Virus record (IMG/VR): IMGVR_UViG_3300042456_000185
DNA length: 20,000 bases
Source of the DNA: an uncultured virus (IMG/VR IMGVR_UViG_3300042456_000185)
Taxonomy: Duplodnaviria > Heunggongvirae > Uroviricota > Caudoviricetes > Crassvirales
Reading direction: 5' to 3' (one strand)
This document shows, in pieces, positions 1 to 6,265 of this stretch (its first letter is position 1; the number at the start of each line of letters is the position of its first letter). Under the pieces are notes generated by a model. It was not told the DNA's origin, did not search any database, and was given only the letters and a program-made list of their open reading frames with translations. Made by a program: the position numbers and the translations under genes.

Positions 1-3000
1 CTAAGGCCAAGATCCGTGGCATACTTGTTCTTATCTCCCTCTCTCGCTGCAAGTGATACGATTTTTCCGTTTGTGGTTTCCGCTACTGGAATTGCTTCCA
101 TTGCTAGTTGAGCGTCATCGATGAGAATCATTTCAATACCACCTTCCTCTGACTCAATAACAGCTGGATACGATTCGTGAAATAGAAACCCGTCCTTTTC
201 AATAGATGTCTTTCTAGCTACTACTGGCTTAGTTACTTTGATTAAGGAAACAATTGAACCTCTAGGCATACCATCTAAGATCGGATCAGCCAACATAGCA
301 GCCAATTGGTCAGAAGTCACAACGCCATTAAGCTTGGCATTGTTTTTACCTCCAGGTGTGGTATTCCCAAGAAGCTCGGTAATAAAAGCTTTTCTACTCT
401 CAAAGGCCCCACTTTCTACAGAGAACTTGTCCAACAGAATGTCGGTATTCTCCTTTACAGTCTGTGCGTTTACATCTGACAAATCAACGCCAGCTTTCTT
501 TCCAGCATTTTTTACTTGATCCAAGAAAGCCTTGTTGCTAAGCTTCTTCTTGTCGGCAGCTTGGTTGATCAACTTCATCGCAACACTAAAGTATGTATAG
601 TTACTTTTGTGCGAAACTTCAGACATAATAACAGGAGCAACAAGTGCATAACCACGCTCTTTAATCTGTCTGTTTATCTGGCCAACCAGAGGGGCTGCTT
701 TTGATAGTTTAGATGCCGCCCAAACTTTTTTAGTCTGTGCGGGATATCCAAATCCTCCTTTCAGTTCTACTTTCTCGCCAGAAGGAAGGGTGTACGATCC
801 AGCCGCTAGCCTGTCGGACTGAGTAGTGAGAACAGTCTCACCATCGTAATCCATAGAGGATACAGTCTGAGTCGGGAAGTTCTTAGATCGCTCCAGATTC
901 TCTCTCTTGGCCTTGGGATCAACATTGCCTACAGATTTGCTACTAGATGGTCTAAATGTTCCAGTTAGAACCTCATTGAATACAGGATTGAAAGAAGATC
1001 CAGTGCTAGCTGCTTTTGCAAACGAGTTCATAAAGTCTACCACTTCCTTGGTAGTAGCTGCTTCCTTAAACACGGGGTCCATACCCATAGCCTTGGCAAT
1101 CTTGTTGAAGAAATTTGCCAGCTTAGATGCCATACCTTGCGTGATAGACTTGGCATCAGAAGTCATAATGCCAGCGAGTTCAGCTAGGAACTCTTCACTG
1201 ACAACAGCATCAGCATCTCCTTCATACTTAGATACGTGATCCTTTACACGCTTGGCAATAGCCTTTTCAGAAGCCGTGCCTGACTCAAGTACTTTAGCTA
1301 GTCTGTTAGAGAAGTCGATAGCAGTCTTTGCATCTTGAGCGTAAACTCTAAAGAAAGCAGCGTGGAACAGCTCGTGATAAGCTGTAACAGCATCTGCCTT
1401 ACTGGTATTGATTACAATTTCAACTTTACCTGTATTCTTGTTCTGGAAGATTCTCCCCTTGTCAGAGCCATTTTCTTTTGCATCTACGTCAGCCATATTA
1501 GCCTTGTAGTAATCAGCGGCTTCTGCGTCAGAGTCTACGAATACATACGTGGCATCAGGAATAATACTAGAGAGAGTCTTAGAGGCTCTACGTACAGCAT
1601 TGTATAGACTTCCCTTCTGGGGATCTGAAGCTGTTCTTGCTTTGATCTCCTGGGTAGTGGCTTGTTTACCTACTACTCCTCCGACTCTAGGTCCATCTCC
1701 TCCGACAGTATCATCGACAGTATCTCCAACTGCTTCTTCTGTGGTAGTTTCTGGAGTTTGCTCAAGAGCGACTCTTGCTGATTCGATTTCTCTTCTTGCT
1801 TTTTCATTTTGTTGTAGCATTTGCTCAACTCTTGCAGACTGTTCTGGTGAGGTTGAGAAGTTTAACATTATTTGGTATGCAGCATCTACTGCATCTTGAC
1901 CCTTTAGATTGTATGTCTCGGTTCCGTCTGGACTAGTAAGTGAGACATTTTTAATAGAGCCATCCTTACCTCTCTTGATTGACTTCAGGCCAGTCTGTCT
2001 GTTAATCATAACAGTACCACCCTGGATCTTCTGATTGTCTCCACCATTGTAGGTGAATGAACCATCTTCATTTACAGAGATTCTACCCTTGGCCTCACTC
2101 AATCCGAGTTCCGATGTAGGTCTATCCTGAATCTCATCGATGTTTCCGATGTCGAAGATCTTGCCCTCTTCAGTCTCAATGACTACACGCTGACCGTCTT
2201 GGTATACGTCACCTTCTACGATAGTTTCAGAAACTGGGTCTGAGAATGTTGCACGTCTGTTTAACAGTCCACGTACTGTGCCTACTGTTTTTTCAGGTGC
2301 TTGAAGAACTCTACCTGCCGGAGTCTCTTTTTTGCCTGCTCCTTCGACAGGTTCGGCTTGGACAACGGCTTCCCCTCCTTGCTCAGTACCTGGTACTTGC
2401 TTCCCTTCTTGACTAACATATTTTTGTTCGATATTTTGTTTCTCAACGATAAGGTTCTTTGCAACGTCACGTACAGCTTCAAAGCTGTCACGAGTTACCT
2501 TGCCACTCTTGATGTCATCAGATAGTGACTTAATCTTTGTGTTTATATCAGTGACTTTATTTCTGTCGTCTTCAGACATAGAGTTATAGAACTCAAGGTC
2601 ATCAGTAAACATCTTTCTCTTTTCAGCTACAAGAGCGTCACGTTGCGCCTTAACCTCTTCAGTCATATAAGATGGAATCTCTCCATTGTCAAGAGCAATA
2701 GAAAGCTCGTCAATCTTTTTATTGACTTCATTGCGTTTCTTGATATCAGATACCTTGCCTACTGTAGATGCGATTACAACTGGAGTAGAGAACGTTCCAC
2801 CACCGATTAATCCAGCAGCACCAGCCAACTTAACTCCATTCATTAAATCTAGCTCAGGATCTACTGTTGCTTTAAGAATTGCATTCTGTCCGAGTTGTGT
2901 GGCTGCTTCAGTTCCAGCCTCTCCAAGAGATCCACCCAAAAATACAGCTGAAGGATTTGAAATAACCTTCTGAGCAAATCCTTTAATAGCTTTCTCTCCG

Positions 3001-3980
3001 GCCTCTTTACCAAGATCCTTAATAGCTTTAGCCCCAAACTTAGCCATACCACCAGTGACACCATCCATAGCGCCTTCTACTGTAGCTAGACCGAATGCAA
3101 TTTTTTTAGCCTGATTTTCATCAATTCCGTAGTCACGCATAAGCTGTCTCTTGTACGAATCGAAGGAAGATACCTGACCATATACACCAGCACCAAGTGG
3201 GCCAGTAGTGGCACCAGCTGCTACAATAGCAGCCATCTGCGGTAAACTCTCTACGAAAGCACCAGTAGCAATATCAAGAGCCTCACCAATTTCACCACGT
3301 TCTAGAGCTTCATCAAAGCTCATATTGTAGGAATCGTTCTTTGCCTTAATATCTTCAGCCATCTTTGCGTTATACTTCACAAGAAGATCACGAGTCTCTC
3401 CGGCATATGGGTTGTAGAACCCTCCAGATGATTTAATAGATGACTCCAATGTGGAAGCAACGTCTTCAGGAACACCGATGGATTTAAGACCCATAGCAAT
3501 TTGCTCTGCCGCACTATTCTGGATAGACAACAGATTACCAAGGGCCGTGTATGATCCAGCCTTCAGCTCGTTTAGCTTTCGCTCAGCTCCAGTTACGCTT
3601 TTAGGTATTCCCTTTCCAGTCTCAAGCTTAGTTCTTTCTTGTTCTGGAAGAGCTGATAAGACTGGTCCGTATCTAGAATCTACGTCACGAAGACCGGCTG
3701 CTCTACTTAGAGACGGGGCGGGCTCCAACTCCGATGTAGAAGGAGTAGGCTGTTCTTTTGATCCTGACTGTAAAGGAGATTCCGTAGATGCCGTCTTTGC
3801 CCCAGGTGAGCTTGGAGCTAACGGCTGGTCTTTTTTTTTTACACCAGAACCCCAAGCAGAAGCAATCTGTTCTGGGTTCACGCCCTTGTATTTTGGGTTT
3901 CTCAAAAGAGCCTTAGTAAATTCATCTTGCGAAAAACCATCCAACTTGGCTGATTTAACTAGTTCTTCTAGTTCCTGCAT
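1..3980 (-). CDS. Giant virion cargo/ejection (polyvalent-type) protein with zincin-like metallopeptidase motif; 3'-truncated by window edge (>1326 aa)
   Basis: Manual translation from ATG 3980 (MQELEELVKSAKLDGFSQDEF...) stays open to position 1, which is why the ORF track lacks it. HELFH at 1376-1362 (residue ~869) and EEFLAEL at 1196-1176 give the HExxH...E zincin pattern. Gly/Ala hydrophobic segments in the N-terminal third (AAIVAAGATTGPLGAGVYG, GAAGLIGGGTFSTPVVIA). Lies after muzzle and small cargo genes, as in crAss-like phages; preceded by promoter TAAATTTG. Confidence 0.88.
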   Translation of the reverse strand, partial: MQELEELVKSAKLDGFSQDEFTKALLRNPKYKGVNPEQIASAWGSGVKKKDQPLAPSSPGAKTASTESPLQSGSKEQPTPSTSELEPAPSLSRAAGLRDVDSRYGPVLSALPEQERTKLETGKGIPKSVTGAERKLNELKAGSYTALGNLLSIQNSAAEQIAMGLKSIGVPEDVASTLESSIKSSGGFYNPYAGETRDLLVKYNAKMAEDIKAKNDSYNMSFDEALERGEIGEALDIATGAFVESLPQMAAIVAAGATTGPLGAGVYGQVSSFDSYKRQLMRDYGIDENQAKKIAFGLATVEGAMDGVTGGMAKFGAKAIKDLGKEAGEKAIKGFAQKVISNPSAVFLGGSLGEAGTEAATQLGQNAILKATVDPELDLMNGVKLAGAAGLIGGGTFSTPVVIASTVGKVSDIKKRNEVNKKIDELSIALDNGEIPSYMTEEVKAQRDALVAEKRKMFTDDLEFYNSMSEDDRNKVTDINTKIKSLSDDIKSGKVTRDSFEAVRDVAKNLIVEKQNIEQKYVSQEGKQVPGTEQGGEAVVQAEPVEGAGKKETPAGRVLQAPEKTVGTVRGLLNRRATFSDPVSETIVEGDVYQDGQRVVIETEEGKIFDIGNIDEIQDRPTSELGLSEAKGRISVNEDGSFTYNGGDNQKIQGGTVMINRQTGLKSIKRGKDGSIKNVSLTSPDGTETYNLKGQDAVDAAYQIMLNFSTSPEQSARVEQMLQQNEKARREIESARVALEQTPETTTEEAVGDTVDDTVGGDGPRVGGVVGKQATTQEIKARTASDPQKGSLYNAVRRASKTLSSIIPDATYVFVDSDAEAADYYKANMADVDAKENGSDKGRIFQNKNTGKVEIVINTSKADAVTAYHELFHAAFFRVYAQDAKTAIDFSNRLAKVLESGTASEKAIAKRVKDHVSKYEGDADAVVSEEFLAELAGIMTSDAKSITQGMASKLANFFNKIAKAMGMDPVFKEAATTKEVVDFMNSFAKAASTGSSFNPVFNEVLTGTFRPSSSKSVGNVDPKAKRENLERSKNFPTQTVSSMDYDGETVLTTQSDRLAAGSYTLPSGEKVELKGGFGYPAQTKKVWAASKLSKAAPLVGQINRQIKERGYALVAPVIMSEVSHKSNYTYFSVAMKLINQAADKKKLSNKAFLDQVKNAGKKAGVDLSDVNAQTVKENTDILLDKFSVESGAFESRKAFITELLGNTTPGGKNNAKLNGVVTSDQLAAMLADPILDGMPRGSIVSLIKVTKPVVARKTSIEKDGFLFHESYPAVIESEEGGIEMILIDDAQLAMEAIPVAETTNGKIVSLAAREGDKNKYATDLGL
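1673..1807 (-). CDS. Putative nested gene in +1 frame of giant cargo gene (44 aa, MKKQEEKSNQQESLLSKLQKLPQKKQLEILSMILSEEMDLESEE)
   Basis: ATG at 1807 in A-rich context (CTACAACAAA-ATG; A at -3, -6), ends TAG TAG; helical amphipathic pattern with acidic tail; main frame over it is a low-complexity linker (PETTTEEAVGDTVDDTVGGDGPRVGGV). Confidence 0.5.
   Translation of the reverse strand: MKKQEEKSNQQESLLSKLQKLPQKKQLEILSMILSEEMDLESEE
2282..2419 (-). CDS. Putative nested small basic protein in +1 frame of giant cargo gene (45 aa, MLVKKGSKYQVLSKEGKPLSKPNLSKEQAKKRLRQVEFFKHLKKQ)
   Basis: ATG at 2419 after AACAAAAAT; from memory resembles small basic phage proteins of the M(I/L)xKxGxK(Y/W)xVxS...AxKRLxQ(V/I)E(Y/F)FKH type; main frame here is a linker (SQEGKQVPGTEQGGEAVVQAEPVEGAGKKETPAG). 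Confidence 0.65.
   Translation of the reverse strand: MLVKKGSKYQVLSKEGKPLSKPNLSKEQAKKRLRQVEFFKHLKKQ
3703..3840 (-). other. Putative -1 frameshift/slippage cassette: A10 run, 3' hairpin and 42-codon -1-frame extension
   Basis: GT-AAAAAAAAAA-GAC with the A10 at 3840-3831; 5-nt spacer GACCA; hairpin GCCGTT/GACGGC plus GCTCCA/TGGGGC at 3825-3790; -1 frame reads RPAVSSKLTWGKDGIYGISFTVRIKRTAYSFYIGVGARPVSK* (TAG 3705-3703) and has no ATG of its own. Confidence 0.6.
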
Positions 3981-3997
3981 ATGCTATTGTTAATATG

Positions 3998-4005
3998 CAA
4001 ATTTA
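3998..4005 (-). promoter_or_regulatory. Bacteroidota primary-sigma -7 promoter element (TAAATTTG)
   Basis: Matches TAnnTTTG, intergenic, 17 nt upstream of ATG 3980. Confidence 0.75.
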
Positions 4006-4006
4006 G

Positions 4007-5236
4007 TTAATAATCGAAGTACTCGTAATACGCTCCCTTCAACTTATTCTTTAATACAGAGCGGTCCTCTTTTGTAAGTCTTCTCGTCTCTCTTACTTCT
4101 CCGTCCTCAGTCTTGCTAATTGTACGGATGTAATCTCTTCCATCTGAACCTTTACCAAATCCAGCTATATCGTATTTTCTAGTACCTATGAACAGATTTG
4201 AAGGAAGCTCATACATACTTACTGTAACTTTTCCATCTACAGGAGTGAATGTAGACTTACCACCACGTACCCTTAGAGTTCCGGGCTGAACCTTTGTGTC
4301 GGATGGAGCCAGGTTCATATACTTTTTTGAATCAGAATCTGTCATACTATCTTCCTCTTTCTTATCGTACTCACCGATAGAGTTAGGTACAGTCTGACGA
4401 ATCTGGTTCATAGTATCATTAACATACTCACCAAGAAGTAAGTCTTTCTGATCCTGTGGTAGTGCTATTAGTTCCTCTACGTCAGATGCACTCAATGGTC
4501 TATTGTTCAAGCCTTTCCATCCTCTCTTTCTAGCTCCATAGATAATTGCCTTATTGTAAGCATCGGTATCTTGAGTTAGCATAGATGGTAGCCACTGATT
4601 CTGTGCAAAATTAATAGCCTGAGACTTGTTAAATGAAACACCATCAGGAGAGAAGTCGCTCTTCTTAGGGCCAAGGATAACGCCAACAGCCTCCTCAGCT
4701 AACTCATTTGGCTGCATAAATTTGAGCTTCTCAGATGTTGGGATTCTAAACGCAGTTGTAACGTCCATAATTTCCTCTTCTCCGGCCGCCTGTGAGTTAA
4801 AGTTGTCAAGCAGGTTAACAAACTGTTCACCAGTTACAGCAAACTCAGACGGGGTGTTGTAAAAGCTGTTGATGTTCTTTAGGCCAATCTCTGACTTTGC
4901 CTGAGCAGATCCAAGAAGTGCGTTAAACTTAGCTTGTGACTCTAAAAACGCATTACGGTCAGTATCCATACCGCTATATGCCAACTGCTCTCCCTTTGAG
5001 ATATACTCGTCAAAAGCGGCTTGTACTGTAGGTCTGTATCTGGGCATAAGCTGTCCAATGTTACCAGCCTCTCCATATGCCTTATCAATGCCGTATCTTG
5101 CACGTCTTTTATCAGCTTCGTCTCTCTGCTGAGCCGCCTGCTCTTGTCTCTGTCCAGCTCTATACTCCTGCAACTTGAAAGCCTGACCAGCTAGGTCTGG
5201 CATCTCGATAGGAGTCGTTGGTAAAATAACAGCCAT
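4007..5236 (-). CDS. Probable virion cargo/ejection protein (409 aa)
   Basis: Long ORF with Q/A/E/R-rich helical N-terminus; TAATG coupling to the upstream gene; sits between muzzle and giant cargo gene. Function inferred from synteny only. Confidence 0.7.
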   Translation of the reverse strand: MAVILPTTPIEMPDLAGQAFKLQEYRAGQRQEQAAQQRDEADKRRARYGIDKAYGEAGNIGQLMPRYRPTVQAAFDEYISKGEQLAYSGMDTDRNAFLESQAKFNALLGSAQAKSEIGLKNINSFYNTPSEFAVTGEQFVNLLDNFNSQAAGEEEIMDVTTAFRIPTSEKLKFMQPNELAEEAVGVILGPKKSDFSPDGVSFNKSQAINFAQNQWLPSMLTQDTDAYNKAIIYGARKRGWKGLNNRPLSASDVEELIALPQDQKDLLLGEYVNDTMNQIRQTVPNSIGEYDKKEEDSMTDSDSKKYMNLAPSDTKVQPGTLRVRGGKSTFTPVDGKVTVSMYELPSNLFIGTRKYDIAGFGKGSDGRDYIRTISKTEDGEVRETRRLTKEDRSVLKNKLKGAYYEYFDY

Positions 5237-6249
5237 TACTTATTCTTGTTAAATTTATTCAGAAGCTTACGGAAGTATGCGCTCTCTTTGGACAGCTTTG
5301 CTGCCTGTGATGGGTTCAGGATTACCTCGCCACCAGTCATCTCTCCAACCTTCTTTCCCTTCTGTACGATGTCGATAGGATTAGTCTTATGGCTAAACTT
5401 ACCACCAGTTACCATACCACCTTCTTTAAGATATGCGGCTCTATCATTTAGACCTAATTGATTGAGGAATCTTCTATTCATTTCTTGTTCCTCTATGATT
5501 CCAGGTCTGGTATATACGTCAGTAACTGCATCGACTCCATCGTAATCAAAACCTTGTTGATAAGCCTCTGCTGGGTTCATAGTTGATGCAACCCGCTCTT
5601 CCATTAGTGGAATAGACATATACTCATTTAGAGTTATTCCGGGCATTTTTCCTGCGCTATTGGATTTCAAACCAAATCCCATCCCTTTTCCTTGGCCTTG
5701 TGAATTTGAGAAAGCGTTTGCTCCATACATAGCAGCAGACCCAAGCTGTCCAATACCTGAAGCAGCAGTCTGTACACCTGCATTAAGAGCTGCCTGGGCC
5801 ATACCGAGCTTCTGGTTGTATACATCTGTTTCTCGACCCATCTCACGCTCCTTGGCGCTAGCAACATCTCCAAGGGCAGCAAGTCTCTGCTGGTTCTCAA
5901 ACTGAGATACGTCAAATGCTGCTTGGTTACCACCTCTAACAACAGAAGGAAGACCTCCAATAAGAGCACGTCCACCACCTTGTTGCAGTGCATTTACAGA
6001 AGTAGCCATACTTCTATTGATCTCGTCAAGCTGTCGATTCATAAGCTCTGCATCATATGCAGCCTTCATCATCTGTGCATATTCAGCTGGAGAAGAAGTA
6101 CTTGGAGTTTTTAATCCAGCAGCTTCTCTCTTTGCCCTATTGGCCTGGACTCCTCCATAGATGGCTTGAGCAGCTCCAATTGCAGCCGGCACTAGAAACA
6201 TACCACCAGCGATGTATTTCTTTACGTTCTTGTCTTTCTGATACTTCAT
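5236..6249 (-). CDS. Probable virion cargo/ejection (pilot-like) protein (337 aa)
   Basis: Gly/Ala hydrophobic N-terminus (MFLVPAAIGAAQAIYGGVQA), Q/A helices, C-terminal EGGMVTGGKFSHKTNPI...GEMTGGEVILNP segment of a type I associate with crAss-like cargo proteins; directly follows the muzzle gene. Confidence 0.72.
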   Translation of the reverse strand: MKYQKDKNVKKYIAGGMFLVPAAIGAAQAIYGGVQANRAKREAAGLKTPSTSSPAEYAQMMKAAYDAELMNRQLDEINRSMATSVNALQQGGGRALIGGLPSVVRGGNQAAFDVSQFENQQRLAALGDVASAKEREMGRETDVYNQKLGMAQAALNAGVQTAASGIGQLGSAAMYGANAFSNSQGQGKGMGFGLKSNSAGKMPGITLNEYMSIPLMEERVASTMNPAEAYQQGFDYDGVDAVTDVYTRPGIIEEQEMNRRFLNQLGLNDRAAYLKEGGMVTGGKFSHKTNPIDIVQKGKKVGEMTGGEVILNPSQAAKLSKESAYFRKLLNKFNKNK

Positions 6250-6253
6250 ATTG

Positions 6254-6261
6254 CAAAAATA
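6254..6261 (-). promoter_or_regulatory. Bacteroidota -7 promoter element (TATTTTTG), probably giving a leaderless mRNA
   Basis: TAnnTTTG match only 4 nt upstream of ATG 6249. Confidence 0.7.
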
Positions 6262-6265
6262 CTAC

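Noticed and set aside
2861..3064. Minus-strand alternative-frame ORF MVSLVVWLSLGLKLL...
   Set aside because: Leu/Val-rich by-product of GCT/GGT codons in the main frame; no A-rich start context; main frame here is not a linker.
238..3993. Plus-strand track ORFs in the first 4 kb (e.g. 3451-3993, 1549-1899, 907-1239)
   Set aside because: Antisense shadows of the giant minus-strand gene that the track missed because it has no stop inside the window.
5667..5993. Minus-strand alternative-frame Leu-rich ORF that could be mistaken for a holin or spanin
   Set aside because: Same GCT/GGT shadow effect over an Ala/Gly-rich main frame; no convincing lipobox or initiation context.
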